Shown here piece after piece: positions 1 through 10,167 of a stretch of 64,000 nt of DNA. Within the stretch, counting starts at the first letter, position 1; the number at the start of each line of letters is the position of its first letter. Under the pieces are notes generated by a model, which worked only from the letters and a program-made list of their open reading frames with translations, was not told the DNA's origin and made no database searches. Both the position numbers and the translations under genes were made by a program. Source of the DNA: an uncultured virus (IMG/VR IMGVR_UViG_3300010223_000002). Lineage: Duplodnaviria; Heunggongvirae; Uroviricota; Caudoviricetes. The stretch lies in the IMG/VR virus record IMGVR_UViG_3300010223_000002. One strand, given 5' to 3'.

Positions 1-407
1 TCGTCTACGCGCAGCTTCAACTACTTCATCCAAATGACCAACAAACATTCTTATACTTTTGTCACTCAAGTTGTATGTTATCAATCGTTGAAGCAACACA
101 CCCGCTGACGGGTGAAGCATAATATATTCTTTCACATTACCGGGAATGAACCCGCCCCTCGCCATTAGCTCAGCTATATCTAATTCTAAAGCTGTTGCTA
201 TTTTCGTCATCATTGCATCAGACGCGCCCGTTTGACCCCGTTCNNNNNNNNNNNNNNNNNNNNNNNNNNNNNNNCCCGTTCTATCTCGGATAGGTGTTGT
301 GCACTTATATCTATCTCTCTAGCTAATTGTCTAAGTCCATAGCCCTTCGCCTTCCTCATTTCTCTTATATACATCCCCAATAGCATTAATGGCGTTGGTA
401 TACGCAT
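1..407 (-). CDS. XRE-family HTH transcriptional regulator (3' end runs off the window)
   Basis: IREMRKAKGYGLRQLAREIDISAQHLSEIERG HTH. The N run (244-274) is flanked by a duplicated CCCGTTC; collapsing it gives an open frame ...ERGQTGASDAMMTKIATALELDIAELMARGGFIPGNVKEYI... to position 1. Similar to 30587..30871. Confidence 0.85.
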
Positions 408-716
408 GTAGCCTCACTTCCGACGATTCTGACAAATTCACCCTTGCAAATTCATCACACGTCGATTTTCATAGTATTTCGATCATTTTGTGCATCGAAG
501 ATCGAACAGTATTTAGCGCTCAAAAATTTTGATTTTGCACTCGACAATCGACACTGCTTAGAGGTCTCTGCATGGATAGCTAATGTGTACAGTAATTAGG
601 GTTCGAAATAGGTAAACATACACGATATCTTCATCAAACCTTGTGTATCGAGCACTTTCGTCCGCTAAAGTCTTACACACGCGCCCGTGAGACGCAAGCA
701 TTTAGGTGAATAAACA

Positions 717-1124
717 ATGCTCCCTAGGTACTTTTATATTGCTGCATTATTCGCTGCCTCACGTAAGGATGAACGCTCTTATATTTTAGGAGCTTTAGCT
801 ATCCGTAGTGATGGAGCAATAGTAAAATCCCGTAATAGTCCTAGCATGCTTGAAACTAACCCAAATGTGCATGCGGAAGCCAAATTATGCAAAAAAATTG
901 ATAAGGGATCAATTGTTTACGTAGCAAGAATCAATAGAAATGGTAATTTTGCTATGGCTAAACCATGCAAGCATTGTATGAGAAAACTTCGTAACAAGCA
1001 GGTAAAAAAGGTGTACTATACGATTAGTGACTACGAATGGGGAGTGATTGATTTATCTGATAAGATTGAAAGAAAAAGAAGAACGGCGAAGAAGCGATTA
1101 GTTAGAATCAATGGAGATTTGTAA
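717..1124 (+). CDS. Zinc-dependent cytidine/dCMP deaminase-like protein
   Basis: HAE motif (VHAEAKL) and PCxxC motif (AKPCKHC). Confidence 0.8.
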   Translation: MLPRYFYIAALFAASRKDERSYILGALAIRSDGAIVKSRNSPSMLETNPNVHAEAKLCKKIDKGSIVYVARINRNGNFAMAKPCKHCMRKLRNKQVKKVYYTISDYEWGVIDLSDKIERKRRTAKKRLVRINGDL

Positions 1125-2962
1125 TGGCAGCAACTAAAGGTCGTAAAAAAACAGCTAAGGGTAAGAAACCATATAAAAGTAAGTACAGTGATGAAGAAAA
1201 AGAAAAATTTAAAGAAGAAAAAGAGAAAAAAGTATCAGCTGCTAAAGAAGCACTAGTTAAAGCTATATCTGGATTAGATTCAAAAAAAGAATGGATTGAA
1301 TTTTTAGATCGAGTAGCTAAGAGAAGTAAATTCTCTCCTAGTAGACTAAGCTTCATAAATCAAATGCTAGTCTACATGCAAGACCCAGAAGCTACGGCTG
1401 TAGCTACATATCAAAGATGGAGGAAAATTAAGCGCTGGCCTGCAAAGGGTAGCAAAGGAATTATGATATTCAGGCCAATCCCAATTAACATACCAATAGA
1501 AAAAGCTTCTCCAGAAGATATAGCTGGTGGGAAAATATTCCAAGACAAAAATGGTAAAACAGTAGTAAAAACAGGACGTATATATTTTTCTCCTATGTAT
1601 GTATTTGATGTTGCAGTTACAGAAGGTGAAGATCTGCCCCCTGATTGGCTAGCTCCACCTACTTTGCCAGATTTCGAAAATAAAGAAGTATTCAGTAGCA
1701 GCGTAGAAAAACTCGCTACTCTATTAGAAAATAAAACTGATGGCAAAGTCAAAGGCGTAAAAATCATATCCAAAGGAAGTAAAGAAGATATTCATCCAAA
1801 AGCCGATGGTTGGTATGATAGAAGAACTAAAAAGATAGTGTTAAAAAGAGATGAAAATCGCGGCAAAATGTTTGCTGTATTAGTTCATGAAGCGGGACAC
1901 GCATTGCTTCATGGAGATGATGAAGATAGAACTATTGGGCAAAAAGAAATAGAAGCTGAAAGCACTTCATATATAGTTAATAAAGCACTTGGTCTAGATA
2001 CTGGCAGTGCTGCTATAGTTTATCTAGCTTCATGGGGAAGAGGTAAAAAAGAAGAAGTAATAAAGCAAATAGAAGCTTCCGCTAAAAGAATAGTGAAAGC
2101 AGCTAATGATATATTAGATTTACTTATGCCTATTGACGATGATGACGACGAAAGCGTATTAGGTACAGAAGAACCATTTGTAGCTTGTGATAGCTGCAAT
2201 AAATCTGCTCGTAAAGTAAGAGAACCTAAGCCCCGCAAATCAATATCCAAAATAAGCCCTAAACAACTAGCTATGGGCACTAATCACGAACTTGAACACG
2301 TGAATCTTAAACCAGGAAAAAAACCAACTAAAAAGCAACTAACATTCGCTGAAAAGATCGCATTAGACCATCTAAAAGAAGATCCTAAATATTACACACA
2401 TATGAAACAATGCGGACTAGACGAACCTACTCCTAGTTCATATAAATACTATCTAATCGCTGAAGAAGAAAACACCATTCTTAAAGGTGTAAAAAGTAGA
2501 AAAGAAGCTAAGGATGCTAAGATAAAGCTTCCTTTACCTTGGGCTAACCTAGCTAAAGTAGTCAGCCCTGTAAAACTCAATCAATTAGGTATAGATCCAG
2601 AAGACAAGTCTAATTGGGCTGACAGAGCATTCTACAATAGAACGAGAAGCGATTTAGCTATAAAATGGTCGGAGCCTGCACCACGTCGTGATTGTAATAC
2701 TGACACTAATTCTATTCGTAGTCTAAAATTAACCGCTAGGAAAATGGGCGGCAAAATATCTGGTTCAAATATTACATTCGACACTACGGCAAAATCAAAA
2801 CAGTTCGAATCCCTACTGAAAGAAGATGAATTCACATATACTAAGAACAAGCGTGGCAATGGTAATGTGTTTACTGTAGATTGTGGCGGCGCATCATTAA
2901 CTATGGCTGCATTAGGCGAACCTACTAAGAAGCGTCCAGCTAAGAAAACTAACCGTAGTTAG
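1124..2962 (+). CDS. ArdC-like N-terminal domain plus zincin metallopeptidase, a DUF5661-like domain and basic extensions
   Basis: SFINQMLV..Q.P.AT.VATYQRW...R...KGSKG (ArdC-N); HEAGH...EIEAES (zincin); GTNHELEH...IALDHLKEDPKYY (DUF5661-like, from recall). Confidence 0.8.
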   Translation: MAATKGRKKTAKGKKPYKSKYSDEEKEKFKEEKEKKVSAAKEALVKAISGLDSKKEWIEFLDRVAKRSKFSPSRLSFINQMLVYMQDPEATAVATYQRWRKIKRWPAKGSKGIMIFRPIPINIPIEKASPEDIAGGKIFQDKNGKTVVKTGRIYFSPMYVFDVAVTEGEDLPPDWLAPPTLPDFENKEVFSSSVEKLATLLENKTDGKVKGVKIISKGSKEDIHPKADGWYDRRTKKIVLKRDENRGKMFAVLVHEAGHALLHGDDEDRTIGQKEIEAESTSYIVNKALGLDTGSAAIVYLASWGRGKKEEVIKQIEASAKRIVKAANDILDLLMPIDDDDDESVLGTEEPFVACDSCNKSARKVREPKPRKSISKISPKQLAMGTNHELEHVNLKPGKKPTKKQLTFAEKIALDHLKEDPKYYTHMKQCGLDEPTPSSYKYYLIAEEENTILKGVKSRKEAKDAKIKLPLPWANLAKVVSPVKLNQLGIDPEDKSNWADRAFYNRTRSDLAIKWSEPAPRRDCNTDTNSIRSLKLTARKMGGKISGSNITFDTTAKSKQFESLLKEDEFTYTKNKRGNGNVFTVDCGGASLTMAALGEPTKKRPAKKTNRS

Positions 2963-3070
2963 TTAACAAAATACCAACCATTTTCTAGTCTCGCGTACGC
3001 GCGCGTTTATTATGCGCGCGCGTTCCTTTCTTCTTAGCCTTCCCCTGCCTGCCTGGACCCCAACGAAGAA

Positions 3071-3117
3071 GGAACCGTTCCAACTTTGTTGACACGTCCG
3101 CGCAGCGGTGTTACCTT
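3071..3117 (+). promoter_or_regulatory. Sigma70-like promoter with an upstream palindromic operator
   Basis: GGAACCGTTCC at 3071-3081; TTGACA at 3089, 17 nt spacer, TACCTT at 3112; a second TTGACA nearby at ~3144. Confidence 0.55.
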
Positions 3118-3192
3118 CCTTCCTGTAGCGTCCGTTCGTCCGTTTGACAATTCGCGAGCCTAAGCGTCTATGTAATCTGAACGCATAGGATT

Positions 3193-3531
3193 TTGATAAT
3201 GGAAACACTTAGACAATTCATTAATCGCAAACCAGGATATCCGGCTAACGCATATGTTAGCTATCCTGGTTTTGATGATTTGTATGTTCGACACGGTTTT
3301 CATAGCATTGACGGTGAATTAGTCGATACATTGGATTTAGCAAATATCAAAGCGTCTTGCCCTGGCAATGGCGCTTTTTCTAATTTGGTCAAATGGATTT
3401 TTGATCATTATCCAACTACTGTTGTTTATGTTGAAAACGTATTGAATCCACGGTTTGGAGACAAGCTAATCCGTATGGGATTTACTAGGATAGGGAAAAG
3501 TCACCCCTTCAGCTACTATAAGCGAGGATAA
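3193..3531 (+). CDS. GNAT-fold-like small protein
   Basis: LANI...PGNGAFSNLV...VYVENVLNPRF..KLIRMGF resembles degenerate GNAT motifs A/B. Confidence 0.45.
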   Translation: MIMETLRQFINRKPGYPANAYVSYPGFDDLYVRHGFHSIDGELVDTLDLANIKASCPGNGAFSNLVKWIFDHYPTTVVYVENVLNPRFGDKLIRMGFTRIGKSHPFSYYKRG

Positions 3532-3535
3532 TACA

Positions 3536-3799
3536 ATGATAACTAAAGACGAACTAAGAAAAAGACTGAACAAGGCTGAAGCGGACTTCAAAGTCTTTCA
3601 ATTCTTGTTTTCCCAATTCACAAGCGCAGACGTAGTTATGGATAGAGACTACGTTTACTTTAGTCTACAACACAAATCTATAGCAGACAAAATGAAAGCA
3701 AACCTGGAAAAACTTGGCTATGAAGTCTCCATGTCAGAAAGAGCAGGCATGCGAGACGAACCAGATTATATTCTGGCTATTGACAAACCAAGACGTTAG
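3536..3799 (+). CDS. Hypothetical protein
   Basis: ORF with SD (GAGG) in a co-directional gene string. Confidence 0.65.
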   Translation: MITKDELRKRLNKAEADFKVFQFLFSQFTSADVVMDRDYVYFSLQHKSIADKMKANLEKLGYEVSMSERAGMRDEPDYILAIDKPRR

Positions 3800-3825
3800 T
3801 TAGTAAACATTCATTTTGTATGTGT

Positions 3826-4177
3826 TATTAACCCATTAAATAGGAAATACTAGGAGGACAAGATGGATAAGCAAACTGCATTGGATATCATCTATCAATA
3901 CGTCGACATTAAAGACTACGAGAAAATTGAAGCTAAATTCAATGAAATCGAATCTGACGAAACGGACGATTACGAATCAGAATGCGAAGATAAAGAAGCT
4001 GCTATGTTTGAAGAAGCGGCACACGGATATGACTTTGACGACGATCACTGTGTGAATCCTTATACTGGTGAAAGTGTTTATGACTTTGATCCCGGTGTTA
4101 GATATAATGACGGTGGCGAGCCTATTGGATATATGTGATTCGCCAATATCTGTTATTTGTATTAACCCATTAAATAG
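3826..4177 (+). repeat. 18-bp direct repeat TATTAACCCATTAAATAG upstream of two consecutive small genes
   Basis: Identical copies at 3826-3843 and 4160-4177, each followed by a purine-rich SD region. Confidence 0.75.
3863..4138 (+). CDS. Acidic hypothetical protein
   Basis: Strong SD (AGGAGG); very D/E-rich. Confidence 0.7.
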   Translation: MDKQTALDIIYQYVDIKDYEKIEAKFNEIESDETDDYESECEDKEAAMFEEAAHGYDFDDDHCVNPYTGESVYDFDPGVRYNDGGEPIGYM

Positions 4178-4227
4178 AGGAAAACTATGGGTATCAATAA
4201 AGTCTACATGAAAGAGGAGATAGTAAA

Positions 4228-4401
4228 ATGAAGCTCGGCGACAAAGTTAAAATAATAAAAGGATACTTCGAAGGTAAAAAAGCTATCGTGGTCAAAGCCT
4301 TCGAAGCTAGACGCCTAGACAATACTGGCGCAATCCAACTCGTGGCTTTAAAGCTTGAAAATGGGAGTAATCTCATACTTAAACAATCCAGCGTCAGGTA
4401 A
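4228..4401 (+). CDS. Small KOW-motif protein (57 aa, missing from the ORF track)
   Basis: GAGGAG SD; translates to MKLGDKVKIIKGYFEGKKAIVVKAF..., a canonical KOW pattern. Confidence 0.7.
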   Translation: MKLGDKVKIIKGYFEGKKAIVVKAFEARRLDNTGAIQLVALKLENGSNLILKQSSVR

Positions 4402-4405
4402 AAAT

Positions 4406-4624
4406 ATGAACAACAAAAGAATTCGTATTCTGAAAAATTACGTAAAATCAACTGCAAAACAAATCATGTGCTCGGCTCGTGGTATGAGCGCAGATCGTCA
4501 AGCAGTACATCATGCCAAACAAGCCATATTTTATATATCTTCTAATGATCCTAAATGGCAAAGAATGGGAGTGCTTATAGCTATGAAAGAAGTTCGATTA
4601 GCTCTAAGATGGATGAATGAATAA
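4406..4624 (+). CDS. Hypothetical protein
   Basis: Start revised to the ATG just after the KOW gene stop. Confidence 0.55.
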   Translation: MNNKRIRILKNYVKSTAKQIMCSARGMSADRQAVHHAKQAIFYISSNDPKWQRMGVLIAMKEVRLALRWMNE

Positions 4625-4827
4625 TGCATATCAAATCTGAATGGGGTATGCTTTATGTACTTTACAATGGCGTAAAGTATTACCCCACGTCTGCTGATAG
4701 CAAATTCTGTTTTGAAGATTCTGTATCTGTGATTCCGATATACAATTCAACCTGTCCTAGCTTTGTTAAATTGACAGATAACTCACACTGGGAACTATGG
4801 AAGAAAGGACGACCCTATGATAGCTAA
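4624..4827 (+). CDS. Hypothetical protein
   Basis: TAATG stop/start coupling with the previous gene. Confidence 0.55.
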   Translation: MHIKSEWGMLYVLYNGVKYYPTSADSKFCFEDSVSVIPIYNSTCPSFVKLTDNSHWELWKKGRPYDS

Positions 4828-5125
4828 AACAACAATAGGCGAAGACATCATCATTAAAGGCCCACAAATTAGTGAAAATTCCAATTTAGTAATCAGAGAA
4901 AAAAATGGCAAATCCATGCTAGGAATAGCTAGCATCGCTAAAGAAGGGATGCCTCTAAACGGTAAAAGTCTTATTACCGTTAAACCTATCAATAACAGTA
5001 AAGAAAAATTTAGAGTAGTTGACGAATACGACCCTAACACCACTGCTACTGAAAAAAGTGGTAATGGACCCGCTATGGTTAATAGCCAAGCGTACCGCGA
5101 TAACTGGGACAAGATCTTTAACTAA
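4817..5125 (+). CDS. Hypothetical protein
   Basis: Overlapping ORF with SD; C-terminus GPAMVNSQAYRDNWDKIF. Confidence 0.65.
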   Translation: MIAKTTIGEDIIIKGPQISENSNLVIREKNGKSMLGIASIAKEGMPLNGKSLITVKPINNSKEKFRVVDEYDPNTTATEKSGNGPAMVNSQAYRDNWDKIFN

Positions 5126-5136
5126 TAGAGGTTAAT

Positions 5137-5721
5137 ATGGCTCCTCGAAGGCGAAAGCGTTTTATTGTTATTGCTCCGCGTTACACTTTTAGGGGAGCCA
5201 AGCCTTGTATTTGTACTGAAAATGAGGCTCTAATTATACTTCAAAAAGAAAGACATTTGTATAGAAAAATAATGGACGGTCCAGCTACCAAAGAGCAAGA
5301 GCACGCCCAGTATTACACACTAGTAGGAATAGCCTTACTAAAAGTAAAACAATCAGATGGCAGATTTTTGACTCGTGATATGGTAAGCAATTCTGAATAC
5401 TACAATGAAAGACTACCTCCGAAAGACTTTAAACCAATTTACATACAAGGTAATAAGGCAGATTTTTATCTGCCTAAAGAAGATAGAGATCCACAACTTC
5501 AAACATGTGTAAATGCACTTTGTAAAATCAACGAACTATCTCATGACGAATCAATGGAATCAGATGAAAATCTATTCTCTGTTATCAAATTCTTGAATAT
5601 GACAAGTAAGATAAAAGATATACAGATAAAGGAAATAAGAAAAGAATTAAAGAAGAAGCTTGTAGAATTTAAAGAAAAAGGTTCACCTGCTGAAATTGCA
5701 CTAATCAGTATGGTAGTATAA
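5137..5721 (+). CDS. Hypothetical protein
   Basis: 194 aa ORF with GAGG SD. Confidence 0.7.
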   Translation: MAPRRRKRFIVIAPRYTFRGAKPCICTENEALIILQKERHLYRKIMDGPATKEQEHAQYYTLVGIALLKVKQSDGRFLTRDMVSNSEYYNERLPPKDFKPIYIQGNKADFYLPKEDRDPQLQTCVNALCKINELSHDESMESDENLFSVIKFLNMTSKIKDIQIKEIRKELKKKLVEFKEKGSPAEIALISMVV

Positions 5722-5740
5722 TAACAAGAAAGAAACAAAA

Positions 5741-5953
5741 ATGAACGCTATAGTAGTAAAAAATGCAATATGGCCAGAAACATCAACTGTTGAAGTGGCT
5801 AGCGTACATAAATCAATACAAGAAGCTATTAAATCTGTATATGATAAAACTAAAGCTATTGAATTAATCGGCAGAGGAAAAGATCCAGTGCCCGGTGATA
5901 TATTGGGACTTTATTATGAAGGAAATCATAAATATGCAGTAAGACAAAAATGA
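5741..5953 (+). CDS. Hypothetical protein
   Basis: ORF in the co-directional string. Confidence 0.55.
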   Translation: MNAIVVKNAIWPETSTVEVASVHKSIQEAIKSVYDKTKAIELIGRGKDPVPGDILGLYYEGNHKYAVRQK

Positions 5954-5969
5954 TACTAATGGTAGTACA

Positions 5970-6254
5970 ATGAAGACAATTAAAGTGATAGTTCCGGCAT
6001 GGCAAATACCGGACGAAGCAACAGTTAGCAAAAGAACAGGAACAAAAAAATATTTACTTCGTAGAAAAATAACAATATACAATCATTCTACAGAAAAAGA
6101 ATCTCCACAAAACATTGAAGCTAAAGAAAATACTGTGTTTCTTGTGTCAACGAATGGAAACATTGAAGCCTATGGAGGTAAAGTTGAACTAATTTGGTAC
6201 ACAGATTATCATGGGATTTGCTCATTCTTGTCTGAACATGACTACGATTTATAG
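5970..6254 (+). CDS. Hypothetical protein
   Basis: ORF in the co-directional string. Confidence 0.6.
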   Translation: MKTIKVIVPAWQIPDEATVSKRTGTKKYLLRRKITIYNHSTEKESPQNIEAKENTVFLVSTNGNIEAYGGKVELIWYTDYHGICSFLSEHDYDL

Positions 6255-6256
6255 AT

Positions 6257-6775
6257 ATGATACTAATAGCTGAAATATTCCAAATCGGCGATGACCACGA
6301 ATCTAGATGGTATTGTCGTTTAATTAAAGGTCCAATCCGTCTATTAACTGATGGTGAATATGGAGTTGAAGCAGATAATCCTTTAGCTGCAAAGAAAGCT
6401 ATGAAAAGACAGCTAAAGAAAGACAATGCAGCTAAAGATAATGCAATATCATTCAAAATATATAAAGGCTCACGATTTATTTGGGTAGGCAGAGCAGTAT
6501 TAGACAAATCTGATCCCACCCATCTTTGGTATGTTATTAAAAAAGAAGGGCCATGGTGGATATGTCATAGCTCATGGTGGCATAGTCCAGAAGAACGTAT
6601 ACACGTTGAAAAAAAATTCAAATTGGAACATCTAATTCCAGCTAACGAACTTCAATTCCATCTAAATAAAGGATGGCTTACTAGTAAAGAAATGAACCAA
6701 GACGCTATGGACGGTCCGCAAAAACGTATTACAGACGGCAACCTATTCGCAATAAATGAGGAACAGAATGACTGA
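6257..6775 (+). CDS. Hypothetical protein
   Basis: 172 aa ORF tightly packed with its neighbours. Confidence 0.65.
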   Translation: MILIAEIFQIGDDHESRWYCRLIKGPIRLLTDGEYGVEADNPLAAKKAMKRQLKKDNAAKDNAISFKIYKGSRFIWVGRAVLDKSDPTHLWYVIKKEGPWWICHSSWWHSPEERIHVEKKFKLEHLIPANELQFHLNKGWLTSKEMNQDAMDGPQKRITDGNLFAINEEQND

Positions 6776-6963
6776 TTGGATAAAAATTAAAGGACAACAA
6801 AAGTGGGGACATAGAAGATGTCTCGAAGAATACAACTCAACAATTCAATGCGGGATTGAACATGGTGACTGTCATGATCCTGCTTGTTGCTTTAGCTCCA
6901 AGTTTGATGAGACTGCCATGATCAAAGCGCACGAGCAAAGGAAATTAAATAAGGACAATAACA

Positions 6964-7083
6964 ATGGGTAAAAAATACATCGTTGAAGAAGTAGATAACA
7001 ATGGTGGCGGATGTCTTTCTGTAATAGGTCTTATTACAGTAATAGTTGTAGCGCTTTTATTCTGCGCTGCACTAGCCAAATAA
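6964..7083 (+). CDS. Small single-TM protein (39 aa, missing from the ORF track)
   Basis: AGGA SD; MGKKYIVEEVDNNGGGCLSVIGLITVIVVALLFCAALAK. Confidence 0.55.
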   Translation: MGKKYIVEEVDNNGGGCLSVIGLITVIVVALLFCAALAK

Positions 7084-7153
7084 AAATAACAATGATCAAT
7101 TAATAGCATTATGTATTATTCATGATTGATGAATACTCCAAGAAAGTAAGAAA

Positions 7154-7993
7154 ATGAAAATTGCAATCTTTATCGATGGAAAGAATTTTTACGCTGGATG
7201 GAAAGAAGCGGGAGGCGAAAAGCTTGATTTCCAAAAAATGATCCAGTGGATTATACAGCAGTCTGGTGGAAATGAATTATTCGCAGTTTACTATTACACG
7301 GGAGTTGAAGTTGGTAGCAATTCAGAAACTGACCAACAAGAAAAGCTAAATAGCTTTCTTGATATGCTAGAAATTCAAAACGGTTTCTTTGTGCGCCGTT
7401 TCCCTCGCAGACAACAACAATTCGATTGTGCCGATTGCGGACAAATCAATTACTTTACACAAGAAAAAGAAGTAGACACGTCAATGGTAGCTGACATGAT
7501 GTTTTATGCAGCTATCAATGCATATGACCGCTGCGTGCTTATCAGTGGCGACAGCGATTACTGTCCAGCTATCGAAGGAGTGCAAAAACTAGCTAAACAG
7601 GTAGCAGTAGCCTCTTGGGGCGGAAGTGGACTATCTAATAAAATCCGCAAAGCTGCTTTCTGCCATATTAACCTAAACCAAGGTCTTAAAGTATTTCATT
7701 ACGACGCAAATGACATTAAAGAAAACATCACATATGAAGTAGTAGACGAAAGCACTTTATATGATAGATTTATTGAAGAAATAACCAGAGCACAAGAAAA
7801 ATTTGGTTCTGGCTACGTTGGAGTTAACTATTTCGTAACCAGATGGTCTAGTAACCAAATTCCACAAAGCGCGGCCGAACGCAGAACCATTATAGATCAA
7901 CTAGCAGAAGACCACCTAGTTGACATTTATGATACTCCAGATGGTAAAAAAGCTATCAGAGTAGCTATCGAAGAAGAAACAAACGATGAATAA
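7154..7993 (+). CDS. NYN domain (LabA/DUF88, PIN-like) nuclease with CxxC insert and a C-terminal domain
   Basis: IFIDGKNF, QEKEVDT, LISGDSDY motifs; CADC insert. Confidence 0.9.
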   Translation: MKIAIFIDGKNFYAGWKEAGGEKLDFQKMIQWIIQQSGGNELFAVYYYTGVEVGSNSETDQQEKLNSFLDMLEIQNGFFVRRFPRRQQQFDCADCGQINYFTQEKEVDTSMVADMMFYAAINAYDRCVLISGDSDYCPAIEGVQKLAKQVAVASWGGSGLSNKIRKAAFCHINLNQGLKVFHYDANDIKENITYEVVDESTLYDRFIEEITRAQEKFGSGYVGVNYFVTRWSSNQIPQSAAERRTIIDQLAEDHLVDIYDTPDGKKAIRVAIEEETNDE

Positions 7994-8156
7994 ATCTGAA
8001 CTAAAAAAGGAGCTGATAGATGACGTAATTAATCAGCTTGACTCCTTACCAGAAAATAGAGCATGGCAAATACTTAATAAATTGTCATGTGTTGATCTTA
8101 TAGATCTTAGAGAAGCGATAGATAAAGCCATATTAAACGCTGTCAAGGAAGATTAA
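7986..8156 (+). CDS. Small hypothetical protein (56 aa, missing from the ORF track)
   Basis: Exactly fills the gap between neighbours: MNKSELKKELIDDVINQLD... Confidence 0.55.
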   Translation: MNKSELKKELIDDVINQLDSLPENRAWQILNKLSCVDLIDLREAIDKAILNAVKED

Positions 8157-9197
8157 ATGACATATTGGATGCGAACTACTGTTCAAAATGAATGGGCTAA
8201 ATTAGGCCATGATACACTAAATAACTTAAGAACCAACGCAGAAGCACTAGGACTTAGAACGCATACAACAATAAAAGAAGATGTTAATTTTGGAGCAGAG
8301 TTATGGAAATATTCATATAGATATACTGATGATGACGAAAAAGCTATCAATAAATTAGCCGAATATTTCTACAATAAAGGAAAGGAAACTTTTCTATCTT
8401 TCGGTAGTCCTGATTTTCAGATATATGCTACGTGGTGTGCAAAGTGGGCTCATTACGCATTTCCACAGATTGTATTAGGAAGTAAATTAACAGCTGCGCT
8501 TATAGCTAGCTCAGCTAGCGCAGATATTAAACAACAAATGAATCCCCCATGGGAAGCATTCCTAATTAGAATACCAAACGACATACTTTATACAACAAAT
8601 GACAAAGGACAACGAATTTGGATAGATCATATTAGAGTATGTCGTACATTACATAATGATAAAAATACATGGCACTGGACCGCAAATAGTTTATCTTCAC
8701 CAGTAAGTCTGTGGCAAATAGGTATTAATGCTGAATTTTTAGATCATGATGCTAATAAAATATTCCAATCAGAAGAATGTAATAAATTGTTTGGAGATAT
8801 AGATAGCCTAGATGAAAAAGTATCAAAACTAATAGGAAGATTAATTATAGGAGTATGTATATCATTCACTGGACAAAATAAAGCTATTGGAAATGCAAAG
8901 AAAGTAAAACCTCCAACAAAAGGTTATTGTAAGGGCAGAAACGGCGAACCATTAATAAGAAGTTACGAAATCAGAGCCCCTATTGAAATAGATTGCAGAC
9001 AAGCAGTTAAAGAATATCTAGACAACAATAAATATAAATGTAAAAAATCTGGACCAAAAATCCAATATATGGTTCGTGGACATTATAGACTTCCACCTGG
9101 TGGCGGAAAAGGCATTAAAAACGTTTGGGTTAGACCTTATTGGAAAGGTCCTGAAAGAGCTAATATAGCAGTAAGAGAATATGAGGTAAAAGAATGA
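8157..9197 (+). CDS. Phage hypothetical protein with a C-terminal VRGHxR...WVRPYWKG motif
   Basis: Motif is common in uncharacterised phage proteins. Confidence 0.7.
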   Translation: MTYWMRTTVQNEWAKLGHDTLNNLRTNAEALGLRTHTTIKEDVNFGAELWKYSYRYTDDDEKAINKLAEYFYNKGKETFLSFGSPDFQIYATWCAKWAHYAFPQIVLGSKLTAALIASSASADIKQQMNPPWEAFLIRIPNDILYTTNDKGQRIWIDHIRVCRTLHNDKNTWHWTANSLSSPVSLWQIGINAEFLDHDANKIFQSEECNKLFGDIDSLDEKVSKLIGRLIIGVCISFTGQNKAIGNAKKVKPPTKGYCKGRNGEPLIRSYEIRAPIEIDCRQAVKEYLDNNKYKCKKSGPKIQYMVRGHYRLPPGGGKGIKNVWVRPYWKGPERANIAVREYEVKE

Positions 9198-9394
9198 GCA
9201 TATTAGGAGACAAATCAATTGAAAAAATCAAATCAACTCTTCCTCAAGAGGCTAAAGAATTAGCTGCTGAAATTAGAAACAAGCTATCATTAGCATACGC
9301 AGTAAATGCTTCAATAACTGATATTGAATTAGCAAATGATTTAGAAGACAGTCTAAACGAAATCATATCTATTGCAAATAAATTAAGCCGATAA
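9194..9394 (+). CDS. Hypothetical protein
   Basis: ATGA overlap; GAGG SD. Confidence 0.55.
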   Translation: MSILGDKSIEKIKSTLPQEAKELAAEIRNKLSLAYAVNASITDIELANDLEDSLNEIISIANKLSR

Positions 9395-9494
9395 ATGAAC
9401 TAAACATATTACTCAATGCCTTCATAGTGTTCATGTCCGGTTATCTACTCGGATTTGTAATAGGTAAACACAGAAGAGAAAAAAGGGGAAAAAA

Positions 9495-10013
9495 ATGAAT
9501 AAATACATGCTAACAATGGTAGCTTTGATTACGATTGGTTGTGCATCCAAAAGCTTCACAATGGATGAAGAAATGTATGATGCTTCATACGATACAATAC
9601 CAGAATATGATGCAGATTCAGAATATGATGCAAGCGCAGACGTGTTCAATAAAGATGTAAAAGTTGACACAGAGATAGATGCATCAAAATACGATGCAAA
9701 AACCGATGCAGCAAAACCTGATGTAATAGATACCGGTATAGATGTTAGCACAGACTCTGAAATTGAATGTTTACCCGGAGGAGAATTAATCGGCAATAGC
9801 TGTTTTTATCCAGAACCAGAATGCTGCTATTACAACGACTGTCCACCACCTATCGGAGATTACACTTGTTCTGGTGGAAAATGTATCAGATATACTATGC
9901 CTAAGAAATGTGAAATCGAATCATGTCAACAATACTGCGTAAACTGCTGGGTTCCTGGAGATGAAAGCTATCACGGAACATGCAATGGTGATACTTGTGA
10001 GTGCACAAAATGA
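9495..10013 (+). CDS. Putative lipoprotein with an Asp/Ala-rich linker and Cys-rich C-terminus
   Basis: Lipobox-like ALITIGC, DA-rich repeats, 11-12 Cys in the C-terminal ~80 aa. Confidence 0.7.
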   Translation: MNKYMLTMVALITIGCASKSFTMDEEMYDASYDTIPEYDADSEYDASADVFNKDVKVDTEIDASKYDAKTDAAKPDVIDTGIDVSTDSEIECLPGGELIGNSCFYPEPECCYYNDCPPPIGDYTCSGGKCIRYTMPKKCEIESCQQYCVNCWVPGDESYHGTCNGDTCECTK

Positions 10014-10167
10014 ATTGGCATTTATTCTTATTCATATCCGCTATTGGTTATGCAATGGTGTGTATAGCAGAAATGCTAATCGAATATAAAGGAAGAAATG
10101 CAAAAAGAAAGCGAGATTCCAGAATTCAAAAATGAACGAGATTACTTAAATTGGCTTTTGGGATACA

